NCBI GenBank assembly: GCA_964036045.1
Contig: OZ038379.1
Location: 5,580,001 to 5,644,000 of the forward strand
Direction of reading: 5' to 3'
Length of the DNA: 64,000 nucleotides
DNA from: Eutreptiella sp. 'Long Island Sound 2002'
Taxonomy: Eukaryota > Protista > Euglenida
The translations under genes and the position numbers were made by a program. This document shows, piece by piece, positions 11,967-24,351 of the stretch. A model generated the notes under the pieces. It searched no databases. It was not told where the DNA came from and saw only the letters and a program-made list of their open reading frames with translations. Each line of letters opens with the position of its first letter. The first letter of the stretch is position 1.

Positions 11967-12281
11967 GGTTCTGTATATCTCTGACCATTGAGCGGGAGTC
12001 CCCCCGGCTGCTGATGGGCAACCGAATATACATGGGATTGCGACGGCGTGCTAACCGACAGCTGTGGATGCTCAATGGAGAGGTCGAGGGCGGACTGACA
12101 GCATCCGAGGCCTGGCGCCCGGCGGTCGGCAGAGGAAAAAAAAGCCAGCAGCTGCTGCCCGGCTGGAGGGTTCTCGATGTCCCGAGAAGCGACGCATCTC
12201 CGCGCAGCCCGTCTCCGTGTGTGTGCGTGCGTCGCATGCGCTGTTCCTGGAGCAGTCGGTGCCTCACTGCTTCTGCTGCAG

Positions 12282-12801
12282 GCACCCCCGACCCCTGTTT
12301 ACCCCCCAGCCGCCGGTCCTCCGGCAACACCTCCGGCAACGCCTCCGGTGCCCCCCGCCGCGACTCGCCCCCGCACATGCGCCTCACCAACCCGCCCATG
12401 ACCGTGGCGGAGCTCTTCAGCGGGTCCCAGTCCCCGGCGCCCGCGCTGCATAGCCCCACCGCCCGCACGTTCGCGCAGTCGCACCTGCTGCGGGCCCCGT
12501 CCCCGGAGAAGGGCGGCCGCCTGGGGGATTCGCCGAAGCGCGGCGACGACGGCGCCGCCCCCAAGACCCCCCCGCTGTGGACCTGCCTGGGGGCCCGCAC
12601 CACTGCGCGGGTGATGCCGGACACCCCACCGCGCACTCCACCGCGGCACCGCGGGTCGCCCAGCGCCGCGACGGCTCGAGGCGCCTTGACCACCCCGCCG
12701 GAGAAGAAGCAGGTGGTTGTGCGTGCGCAGACTGCGGTCGTGTGCTCGTGCCAAAGGCGACCGGTTCGACAGAGGGACGCCAAGGGGCAGAAGCAGCACC
12801 C
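12282..12801 (+). CDS. Internal exon of gene 1 (5' boundary uncertain)
   Basis: ctgcag acceptor; GC-rich open frame (TPDPCLPPSRRSSGNTSG...KGQKQH); CC|gtgagc donor, phase 2. Confidence 0.55.
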
Positions 12802-13134
12802 GTGAGCGGAGGGGCAACGGCCCCACTCTCTCCTACACAGACCGCGTTTCCCCGCCGTCTGCGGGCAAACCATGCAGAACGCCCCCTGAAAACCCAAACC
12901 CGCAGAGGAGGGGTGACAATGTGCAACTTCAGAAAATTCCCCGCAAAAAAGGCAAGCACCCGCCCCCCGGAATGGTGTGGAAGGTTGGTTTCAGTTGGTG
13001 ATGGGACACAGGGGGTGGATGTATTGAGGCGTCTCCCCCATTTTTCCTGAGGTCTTGGGGGAAAATGGGGCTTGTGCTTGTGCTTGTGATTGTGATTGTG
13101 CTTGGGATCGCGTCCGGCCAATCTCAGAAGGCAG

Positions 13135-13281
13135 ATCTCTGCCAACCCCACGGAATGCCGCCCACAGCGGAAGAAGACTCGCACCAGAGAAATCTGACGA
13201 GCCGGAACGCGCTGGGTCCCCACCTCCGGCACCCCTTCCCCGCACTGGAGAAGGCCCGTCAGCATGCCGGCAATGTGCCCG
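13135..13281 (+). CDS. Internal exon of gene 1
   Basis: ggcag|A acceptor completes the phase-2 codon; SLPTPRNAAHSGRR...ACRQCAR; CG|gtgcat donor. Confidence 0.5.
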
Positions 13282-13731
13282 GTGCATTGGGGGGACCAAG
13301 GCATGGGCGACACCTACGACGGTGGAGGGAAATGGGGGTGAAGGGGGGGCGTGTGGGAGGAAACCAGGGGGGGATGATTGGCAACATGGGACACATGGGT
13401 CTGTTGCCGCAGTGTTGCCTGGCTCGTCTGTCCCTTTGTTGTCATGGGGTATGTGCACACCTGCCATGGGGTGTGTTAACGGATGCGGAGGTTTGGGGAT
13501 TTCAGTCACCGGATTGATGTTGTGCTGGGGGAATTTCACACGGAGCTCGCCCGTGCTGTATGCGTGCAGGACATGTGGCACTGTGACAGGGTCGTGACCG
13601 TGGGAGGCAGCGCGGACCTCCAAGTACTCTGCATTTGGCTGGCCCCGGATCCAAAGCATTACCCATGACTGGACCATCAACAGCGCTGGTCCCCCTGCAA
13701 AGTGGGCACACACCACACCATTGTGCGTCAG

Positions 13732-13780
13732 CACTGATCCCTACACCGGCAGGCGCAACGACTGTGTGGGGGTTGTCATG
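13732..13780 (+). CDS. Small internal exon of gene 1
   Basis: cgtcag|C acceptor (phase 2) and ATG|gtgagc donor (phase 0); TDPYTGRRNDCVGVVM. Confidence 0.45.
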
Positions 13781-13916
13781 GTGAGCAGTGCGGCGGTGAA
13801 CTTCCCGCCCGATGGCATCGGGCAGACATTCCTGCCCGATGGCATCGGGCAACACGGGGGGGCGGCCGGGCCCGGTCCTTGTATGCGACACCCCCCACCC
13901 CCCCCCCCCCCCCCCC

Positions 13917-16900
13917 GGGTTTTGAAAGATAGTGGTGCCGGGCTCAGTTTCGAAAACTGCAGTTTAGGGCCAAAAACAGCCATTTTTGGGCCAAAAAAGC
14001 CCTGGAACACATTCAAAACGGCCAAACGAAGGGAAACGGTGGGTACACTCCACGTGCGGCTTGACTTCCCCGTGTCAACGAGCTCTTTGCCGCCCTCTAA
14101 CTCAATGATATGTCCGGGAAACGGCCCAAAAAGGCCCCCAGAAGCTTCAAATGCCGACAGCCACAAACCAAGAATAGGCCATATCTTTGGCTACATGGCT
14201 CAAAATGCGATTCCGAGGGCACCTACTCCACCCGCAACCCCCCACTTTTTGTGGTTTCCACCCCTTAGAATTGCCCAAACGGACGCCTACACCCTCGTAC
14301 TTAGGCCCACTAGGCTGCGGCAAGCTGCAAGCTCAAGCCCAAACATGTGGGTGCCCAAATGGGTCAACAGGGTCCAGTAGGGGCAAAAAGATGACTTTTC
14401 TCAAAAATGATCCTAGACCATGTGCGACGCTAAAACAAGTGTTTTTGGACCATTTTGAGCTTGTGGTGGCCCATTTTGGTCCTCCGAAAATCCCAAAATG
14501 CCTTGAAAATGGGCTGTTTTGGGACCAGAAATGGGTCAAGAATGGGTCAAAACCGCGTTTTTCCAAAAATCATCCTAGACCATTTGGGGTGCACAAACGG
14601 GTGAAATGAGCCCATTTTGAGCCCATTTTGGGGCATTTTGGCCCCTCAAAAGTCCAACAAAAGCCTTGAAAGTGGGCCTCCTGGTGATGGGGTTGACTTG
14701 CAAGCTGATTTCACTTTGTGAAGAGCCATCAATGTGTGAATCATTCTTGATGTCCTTCACCAGTCATAGCTAATGTTCCCTCCCCCACCAGCTCGGTCCC
14801 AATATTCAGTCTTGATTAGGGTCACCGAGCTGGTGGAACTAGTCTTGGTTTTATAACCCTTTTTAGTGTCTAGGGTGGACCTACCAGGTTTAGCAGCAGC
14901 AGCAGCAAGCAGCAGCAAGCAGCGAGCAGCAGCACGCGCGAAATGGGTAAAAATCAGAACTCCTTCGTGGTGCTTCAGATTCGGGTGAAATTTTGGTGGA
15001 TGATGCCTATGGGTGTGAAGTACAATCACACAAAGTTTGAGCAAGAAACTCAACGGTGGCGGCCGGGAACGGGATTCGCAAGTGGCGGACCTCAGTTTCA
15101 AAAGCTGCAGTTTAGGGCCAAAAACAGCCATTTTTGGGCTTAAAAAGCCCTAGAACACATTCAAAACGGCCAAACGAGGGGAAACGGTGGGTACACTCCA
15201 CGTGCGGCTTGACTTCCCCGTGTCAACGAGCTCTTTGCCGCCCTCTAACTCCATGACATGTCCCGGAAACGGCCCAAAAAGGCCCCCAGAAGCTTCAAAT
15301 GCCGACAGCCACAAACCAAGAATAGGCCATATCTTTGGCTACATGGCTCAAAATGCGATTCCGAGGGCACCTACTCCACCCGCAACCCCCCACTTTTTGT
15401 GGTTTCCACCCCTTAGAATTGCCCAAACGGACGCCTACACCCTCGTACTTAGGCCCACTAGGCTGCGGCAAGCTGCAAGCTCAAGCCCAAACAGGTGGGT
15501 GCCCAAATGGGTCAACAGGGTCCAGTAGGGGCAAAAAGATGACTTTTCTCAAAAATGATCCTAGACCATGTGCGACGCTAAAACAAGTGTTTTTGGACCA
15601 TTTTGAGCTTGTGGTGGCCCATTTTGGTCCTCCGAAAATCCCAAAATGCCTTGAAAAAAGGCTGTTTTGGGACCAGAAATGGGTCAAGAATGGGTCAAAA
15701 CCGCGTTTTTCCAAAAATCATCCTAGACCATTTGGGGTGCACAAACGGGTGAAATGAGCCCATTTTGAGCCCATTTTGGGGCATTTTGGCCCCTCAAAAG
15801 TCCAACAAAAGCCTTGAAAGTGGGCCTCCTGGTGATGGGGTTGACTTGCAAGCTGATTTCACTTTGTGAAGAGCCATCAATGTGTGAATCATTCTTGATG
15901 TCCTTCACCAGTCATAGCTAATGTTCCCTCCCCCACCAGCTCGGTCCCAATATTCAGTCTTGATTAGGGTCACCGAGCTGGTGGAACTAGTCTTGGTTTT
16001 ATAACCCTTTTTAGTGTCTAGGGTGGACCTACCAGGTTTAGCAGCAGCAGCAGCAAGCAGCAGCAAGCAGCGAGCAGCAGCACGCGCGAAATGGGTAAAA
16101 ATCAGAACTCCTTCGTGGGGGTTCAGATTCGGGTGAAATTTTGGTGGATGATGCCTATGGGTGTGAAGTACAATCACACAAAGTTTGAGCAAGAAACTCA
16201 ACGGTGGCGGCCGGGAACGGGATTCGCAAGTGGCGGACCTCAGTTTCAAAAGCTGCAGTTTAGGGCCAAAAACAGCCATTTTTGGGCTTAAAAAGCCCTA
16301 GAACACATTCAAAACGGCCAAACGAGGGGAAACGGTGGGTACACTCCACGTGCGGCTTGACTTCCCCGTGTCAACGAGCTCTTTGCCGCCCTCTAACTCC
16401 ATGACATGTCCCGGAAACGGCCCAAAAAGGCCCCCAGAAGCTTCAAATGCCGACAGCCACAAACCAAGAATAGGCCATATCTTTGGCTACATGGCTCAAA
16501 ATGCGATTCCGAGGGCACCTACTCCACCCGCAACCCCCCACTTTTTGTGGTTTCCACCCCTTAGAATTGCCCAAACGGACGCCTACACCCTCGTACTTAG
16601 GCCCACTAGGCTGCGGCAAGCTGCAAGCTCAAGCCCAAACATGTGGGTGCCCAAATGGGTCAACAGGGTCCAGTAGGGGCAAAAAGATGACTTTTCTCAA
16701 AAATGATCCTAGACCATGTGCGACGCTAAAACAAGTGTTTTTGGACCATTTTGAGCTTGTGGTGGCCCATTTTGGTCCTCCGAAAATCCCAAAATGCCTT
16801 GAAAAAAGGCTGTTTTGGGACCTAAAATGGGTCAAGAATGGGTCAAAACCGCGTTTTTCCAAAAATCATCCTAGACCATTTGGGGTGCACAAACGGGTGA

Positions 16901-18780
16901 AATGAGCCCATTTTGAGCCCATTTTGGGGCATTTTGGCCCCTCGGTACGCCGCCCCCCTTACTGAATTACTCAAGGTTGGTAGGGAGGCTGGTTGTGCGG
17001 GCTCGAAGGTGCGAGTGCAGTGGACCGACGAGTGCGATGAGGCGTTTGTGCAATTAAAAGCCGCCCTTTGCGAAGTCGCCACTTTGCACGTTCCCAAATT
17101 CGATCGCCCTTTCTACCTTAGGACTGATGCTAGTAAGTATGCGGTTGGGGCAGTGTTAGAACAGCAAGATTTAGAAACTGGGGCTCATAGAAGTCCAACA
17201 AAAGCCTTGAAAGTGGGCCTCGTGGTGATGGGGTTGACTTGCAAGCTGATTTCACTTTGTGAAGAGCCATCAATGTGTGAATCATTCTTGATGTCCTTCA
17301 CCAGTCATAGCTAATGTTCCCTCCCCCACCAACTCGGTCTCAATATTCAGTCTTGATTAAGGTTAGGGTCACCGAGCTGGTGGAACCAGTCTTGGTTTTA
17401 TAACCCTTTTTAGGGTCTAGGGTGGACCTACCAGGTTTAGCAAGCAAGCAGCACGCGCGAAATGGGCCAAAATCAGAACTCCGTCGTGGTGCTTCAGATT
17501 CGGGTGAAATTTTGGTGGATGATACCTATGGGTGTGAAGTATAATCACACAAAGTTCGAGCAAGAAACTCAACGGTGGCGGCCGGGAACGGGATTCGCAA
17601 GTGGCGGACCTCAGTTTCAAAAGCTGCAGTTTAGGGCCAAAAACAGCCATTTTTGGGCTTAAAAAGCCCTAGAACACATTCAAAACGGCCAAACGAGGGG
17701 AAACGGTGGGTACACTCTATGTGCGGCTTGACTTCCCCGTGTCAACGAGCTCTTTGCCGCCCTCTAACTCCATGATACATCCCGGAAACGGTCCAAAAAG
17801 GCCCGCCGAAGCTCCAAATGCCGACAGCCACAAACCAAGAATAGGCCATATCTTTGGCTACATGGCTCAAAATGCGATTCCGAGGGCACCTACTCCACCC
17901 GCAACCCCCCACTTTTTGTGGTTTCCACCCCTTGAAATTGCCCAAACGGACGCCTAGACCCAATACCTAGGCCCACTAGGCTGCGGCAAGCTGCAAGCTC
18001 AAGCCCAAACATGTGGGTGCCCAAATGGGTCAACAGGGTCCAGTAGGGGCAAAAAGATGACTTTTCTCAAAAATGATCCTATACCATGTGCAAAGGTAAA
18101 ACGAGTGTTTTTGGACCATTTTGAGCTTGTGGTGGGGCATTTTGGTCCTCCGAAAATCCCAAAATGCCTTGAAAATGGGCTGTTTTGGGACCTAAAATGG
18201 GTCAAAAATGGGTCAAAAACGCATTTTTCCAAAAGTCATCCTAGACCATTTGGGGTGCACCAACGGGTGAAATGAGCCCATTCTGAGCCCATTTTGGGGT
18301 ATTTTGGCCCCTCAGAAGTCCAAAAAGCCTTGAAAGTGGGCCTTGTGGTGAAGGGGTTCACTTGCAAGCTGATTTCACTTTGTCAAGAGCCATCAATGTG
18401 TGAATCATGGTTGATGTCCCTCACCAGTCATAGGTGATGTTTCCTGCCCCACCAGCTCGGTCCCAATATTCAGTCTTGATTAGGGTTAGTCCGAGAGTTA
18501 GGGTTAGTCCTAGGGTTAGGGTTAGCCCTAGGGTTAGGGTCACCGAGCTGGTGGAACCAGTCTTGGTTTTATAACCCTTTTTAGTGTCTAGGGTGGACCT
18601 ACCAGGTTTAGCAGCAGCGGCAGCAGCAGCAAGCAGCAGCAAGCAGCAGCACGCGCGAAATGGGTAAAAATCAGAACTCCTTCGTGGTGCTTCAGATTCA
18701 GCCGAAATTTTGGTGGATGATACCTCTGGGTGTGAAGTATAATCACACAAAGTTTGAGCAAGAAACTCAACGGTGGCGGC
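13917..18780 (+). mobile_element. Tandem array of about 4 copies of a 1148-bp TTAGGG-bounded element, inside a predicted ~6-kb intron
   Basis: Period 1148 (accgagctggtgg at 14824 and 15972, then 17371 and 18542). Each junction reads ccaccagctcggt-spacer-(TTAGGG)n-accgagctggtgg. Confidence 0.9.
16944..17188 (+). mobile_element. Ty3/Gypsy pol fragment (RT connection/RNase H) inserted in one array unit
   Basis: YAAPLTELLK...WTDECDEAFVQLKAALCEVATLHVPKFDRPFYLRTDASKYAVGAVLEQ matches the Gypsy RT-RNaseH signature. Absent from the other units, which read cccctc|a(a/g)aagtcc. Confidence 0.9.
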
Positions 18781-19774
18781 AACCGGATGGCCTGCCTCCA
18801 GTATGAGATGGAGAAGCCCTTTGACATTGCCCCTCGTGTTTTCTCCCCTGCTCCCCCCCATGCGCCCCCATTTTTCCTCGGAAATGTTGTTGGGAAGCTC
18901 ATCACCGCCGGGTCAGTTCTTGACCACGGAGAGACCCCAGCTCCTGAGTGTAGCTGCAAACGGCACGAGTCTTACTCAGTGGCGCCTGGTCTGGGGCTGA
19001 GTCCTGGCGTGACCCCGTTTCTGTGCAGGCCACAAGCAACGAGTTGGTGGGAGTTGCTGAGTGGCCGGTTGATACTGCAACCCGGGGGGGGGGGGGGGGG
19101 TCTGAGGGTGGGGGGTGGGTTTGTCTGATTTTCCCCCGATTTTGGGGAAAGTGCAGGTACCCCCTGGGGGGGGGGGGGGTCAGCTCTGCTGGGTGGGTGG
19201 GTGGGTGGGTGGGTTGTATGGCGTGGCGTACCTCCTCCGTGCTACAGCTCAAAAGGATTCATTCATTCCAGGGGCGTTTTTGGGAACGCTATTCCTGCGG
19301 TGCACAATTTGGGGAATTGTCGGGGCACGGGGGACATTGTACCCTTTGTGAACCGTGCCTTTGAATGGGGAGTGGCCATTGCAACATGTTTGTCCGTTTT
19401 GAGTGTTGTGTCCATGGGCAAGGTTGGCGGCACACCAACGCTCTGCGGACCCCCCGGTCCCCAGGGTACATGGGGAGGTGGATCTAGATGGAGCAATGGG
19501 TGGGTGCGTGGGTGCGTGGGCCAATGTCCCGCGCTGGCTAAGTTAACCCCCTCCCCGCTCCCCCGCCGAAGTATTACGAAGCGATTCCCTTGCCAACAGT
19601 TGGCCCTGACGCAACAGCGGGGAGGCTGAGGCCCTCCTAGACACGGCAGGGCAAGGGCTAGGCAAGGGCTAGGGTAAGGGCAAGGGCAGGCACCCGCATG
19701 GGAACGGGCGCGACAATGCGAGAATACAGGGCCAGAGTGCGGATCGATCCTGCGGACTCCCATACGTGCCTCAG

Positions 19775-20086
19775 GCTGCTGACTCTGCCCCCCGGTCCCC
19801 GCCCGTGCCATCGAAGCGGCTTTCACTGTCCTTAGCCGCAGCCCCGGCCTCACCGGGGGGCTATCCTTCGCCCGGGCGCGTCGCCGCCGCGCCGTCCCAC
19901 GGGAGCCACGCGACCGCGTCGCCCGCGCGTCGCTTGTCTCCGCCTCGAAACTTCACGCGCAATGCCACCTCCTCGCCGGCCCGGGCGTCTATCGGGTCCC
20001 CCACGGTGTCGCGAAGAGCGGGGGGCTTGTCCCGCCGGGCCGCGCCGGGGTCCCCCCCAAGTGCCCCTGATTCCTCGCGGACATGA
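19775..20086 (+). CDS. Probable terminal exon of gene 1
   Basis: cctcag|GCT acceptor, phase 0, compatible with the 13780 donor; AADSAPRSPPVPSKRL...PDSSRT then TGA. Confidence 0.55.
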   Translation, partial: AADSAPRSPPVPSKRLSLSLAAAPASPGGYPSPGRVAAAPSHGSHATASPARRLSPPRNFTRNATSSPARASIGSPTVSRRAGGLSRRAAPGSPPSAPDSSRT

Positions 20087-23000
20087 TGCTTGTTAATCGC
20101 GAGACGGCTGGTGATTGACGTTGAGGTGACGTGCTGTGAAGGGTTTGCCCAGCGCCGCGTGACACTACGGCGGGTTGCTTTGGTGTTCTTCGTTGGACGC
20201 AACTGTCCGGAGATGGTGCAGATTCGGCGGTGCCGATCTAGCCGGCAGACCCAATCCAATCCAATGAGCTGGCGCTCTCGACCTGCTCACTGCCCTGCAC
20301 ACTTCCTGACAGGCAGTGCACTATTCCTCCATAGTTCCTGACAATCAGTGCGTTGTTGCAGCGTAGTTCGTGACTATGCCACTCATGCTGTGCGACAGAG
20401 TGAGAAGACCTGTGAGACTATGCCTTTGTTCGCTCCTACTGTAGACTATCTTAATGTCCATATTTGCACCTCCTTTCGTGCACTGGTGAAGCAACAAGCC
20501 AACTGCGTTACATACGCATTTGGCATCCTTTTGTGGCCCGTCAATCTGGGTTCTGAGACCGACATCGTGTGACATAGGCGGATTTCAGATTGATCCGATT
20601 CTTTTGGAGAGCCTGTTTTTTTTTTTGCGGGGGGGGGGCTACAGCCCATTGACTCAATGATGAATAAGACGCTGTAGTGGCGAACCGTTTGTAGGTGTGG
20701 TGGACAGTATTGAGCAGGGTCAAACAGGATTACCCCCAGACAACCCACCCCCGAATGTGTGGCTTCAGCCTTTGCATCGTGGTGTGCAGTGCTTCACCCC
20801 TTTGTTCGTTGCTCCCATCCGGAAATGGGTCGGAGAGCCTGGGCTGTGGACGGCCGAGGCTTTGGCGGTGCAGTGGTCCCGCTGCGCGTGGGTGAGCGCA
20901 CGAGGTCGTTTCGTTGGCCACGCGATGTCCTCGTCAGTGGCCGAACACGTGAGCCCCCGAGACTCGGGGGGCTCGGGGTGGGGCTTTGGGTGGGGGAGGG
21001 GGGGGCTGGCGGATCCATCCCGGCCGCACAGGGTCGTCAGCTGCTTGGACGAAGCAATGAGGAGGCCCTGGATTGCCATCAGACCCGAGCACAACGATGA
21101 GCACAACAATAAAGAGGCCCGCGGTACATTGCAACTCCGGGGAGAGGGGCCCTTAAAGCCTGTTTTCTCGATCCCCCAGCCCCCCAAACAAAGGGGTGGG
21201 CCTAAAAGCATCGCATGACATTTGAAATCGTTGAAAGGAGTGATTTGACGGAAGATTTAGGCAAATCTGGGTCACCCCCATTTTGCTTCCAAAGATGAAT
21301 CTTCTGAATCAACGCCAATGGAAACAATGGCGTCTGGCGTCTGCCGTCTTTTGAGCTTATTTCCCAGACCCCCCCCCCCCCCACCTCTAATTCACACAGG
21401 CATGAAGGGCCCCCCTCCCCGGAGCTGCAAAGGACTGCGGGCCATGGGGAGATGGGGGGGGGTGGGGGGCGATTGCACGCGTGGGACTAACCAGGAAACC
21501 CCAAACCCCTGCCATCCAGCCCACTCTATGAGATGCCTCCAATCGAACCACTTCTTGTCCCTGTGGTATCCGGGTTTGCGCACGCCATCGGGGCTGGGCC
21601 TCCTCCATTTTGCTTCTCAACCAATCGCTTCCCACCCAGTGAGCATTCCATGGAATGACCGCAGGCAGTGTGTCGGTGGACTCGTCAGGGGCCTGGGGAA
21701 CGCTGTATCGTGTACCGCACTGCAGATCCGTCGTGTGATTCCGCTGGTACCGCAGCCCCAGGCCCCATGGACGCCAAACTCGTGGCGGACGTTTTAGTTT
21801 TGCTCAGTGCTGGGGTCCTGAGCTGGTTCCTGGCGAGTCGCTCTGAGAATGCGGCTGGTTCCTGCCCATTCTCCTAAAGGTGGGGCGGCTGGTGCGGGCT
21901 GGATCCTACGGAGAAGCAAAGCCCAGGGGAGGGCTCTGGCCCCTGACCCCCCATCACCAGCAAGCAAAGGCCTGGGCTTGTGTGCACGGGGGGGGCGACC
22001 ATGCCAATTGTACCATTGGCACCCCGGCAGAGGGTGTTCCCGGGCCAACCGCGTTACCCACACATTTGGCACCCTGTGTTTGCGGTCTGTCCTCGGGTGA
22101 CAGAGGCAGATGTCGGATTGACGTAATTCTTTTGGAGAACCTCACAGAGTGTGTGTGGGGGGTCTGCTGCCGTAGTGGTGAACCGTCTGATGAAGTGTAG
22201 GTTTGGTTGACACCTGCTGACGGCCTCCTGCCGTTGCCAACAGGCTTCGCTGGAGGGAAGCGGGGACAAGCTACCCAAAATTTGGCAATATCAAGCAGGC
22301 CAGAACCTCCGACATTGAGCAGCTCTTTCATGGCATAGGCCATGATGCACGAAGTAACAGTAACAGCAGCAGAATCCTCCTGACAATGCCCATGTCGTTC
22401 GTTGCAGATTGCATGGATGCACACGGGGAGTAAGAGAGGGCTTGGGCATAGGAGGGTGGGGGCGGGAGGATGAAATGGGGAAGAGTGAAAAGGTCAGGGT
22501 GAGGAAACAAGGTGGGCCTGTGCTCTTTGCCACTAGAAACCTCAAAGTGCCCCCCCCCCCCCCCATGGGTTCCTGAATCCAGGATCCTGAATGTGTTGGT
22601 GCCACGACCCACCACCATGGAGAAACGGAAACGGTGAGCCAACACAGCTGCTTGGTGGATCTTCATGACCCAGGTAGGCCTCGGCAAAGGAAGGCCTGGT
22701 CGAGATCTTGGTGATTGGTGAGAGATCGATTGACGCTGCCAGTTCCAGGAGAGCAGCCAATTTGCTGGGCTCTGTCCCCCCTACCCCCTGGGTGTAATCT
22801 GGGGTGTTGATGGTTGGTGTGTATTCTGTTTGACCCTGTTTAATACAGAGGGTTTCAGCGCTCCCCATCCCATAGCCCCCCAATCTCCCCTTCCCCCTTG
22901 GGTCCGCTCAATCTCAGGATCCCTAAACCCCACTCCCGAATTCTGGCCCAGAATGGGCGTTGTTGGCCCTCCCACCACAGTATGGGTGTTGGCCCTCTCA

Positions 23001-24351
23001 CATGGCGGCAGGAGCCGGCATGAAAGTGGCTGTAGCCCCGGGGGTGGATGGCACTCTGCCCTTGACATCAATGACCTAATGCCTGGAAATGCACTGCACC
23101 GCTTTTGGTGACCCGGCGGCCCAGGAAAGAGTTGCGGCTGAGGCCTACCGGTGCCCATGGGGGAGGAGGTGACACTGGGGCGATATGCTGCTGTCGATGG
23201 GATTCATTCACAGTCCTGCTCAGGCCCCAACATGGATGCCCCTCACTGCCATGGACGGTCCACACAGAGCCTACTATAAGGTCCTGCACCATGTGGGTTG
23301 CGGTGCAGTACAGCAGGAAAACCCCAGGGAAAACCCTACTGGGCCACCCCCCTTTGCCTCACCCCGCTGTGTACACTGCAGGAGAGAAGGATCAATGTGA
23401 AGGGACTAAGTCTCTTTGTTGAATGCTCTCACGTGCTCAGTCACTGAGCTGTGTGCCTGTGCGGCAGCTCCCACTATGAGGGCAAAGGCTCCGGTTGACA
23501 TGGATGTGCACTGGCCAATCCCACCCCAGCCCCCTAATCAAGACCCCTCATCCATCATCATCACGATCATCCATCATCCAAGCCATACTGGGCTCTGAGG
23601 AACGTGGTGGTCCAAGGCAGTGTAAGGTTTCAGGGGGAGCGGGCACACCGTGCGCGCACCATGCATCTTTTTTACATAGATAATTTACCAAACACCATTG
23701 TCCTACTTTGTTGTTGCCCGGTGAGGTGCCTGGTTGCGGCCTCATGGATGGGTCCAGCTCGTGATGCATTCTTTTGCATTTTACGCAATTTCAGATCTGT
23801 TGGCAGAAGTGGCATCAGCCCTATGGACCTTGGGACCATTTCCCTTCATCCATTTGGCGCAACGAGGAAGCACCTCCTTTGGTGCCTGACTCGATAATAC
23901 CTATTTGTGTCAGTTGTGTGCACACAAGGAGACATGGGATTGGCTAACATTGCGGGGGTTTGCATGGTCTGTGTAGGCAAGGATATCTCTCGGGGACGTT
24001 GCTGATCCTTCCAACTTTGTGGGTTTTCGCCGGTTGGCGACCTTGTTGCCTTATTTGTGCCAACTGGGTGTTCCGGAGGTAGGGGTATGTGGGGTATATT
24101 CGGAAAGCCCTTGAATAGGGCTTTTCAGAGATGTATGGGTTGGGGGGGGGTCCGGAACCATATTTTTTCGAAAATTGGCCGTTACTGTTGACAGGTTGGG
24201 TTTTTTTTGCCTGTTCTGATCCGGTTTCAGACAGACTGCACCGCACTCCTACCCCCATTACTCCAACATATGGGCATATAAGGGTCAAGTCATTCGGGTG
24301 GATTTGTTGCATTTGATGTGTAGAAGACATGTGCAACATGGGTCCCCCTAA

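Noticed and set aside
18802-19080. Extra exon of gene 1 (YEMEKPFDIAPR...)
   Set aside because: The acceptor is plausible but there is no good phase-0 donor, and 13780 joins 19775 in frame without it.
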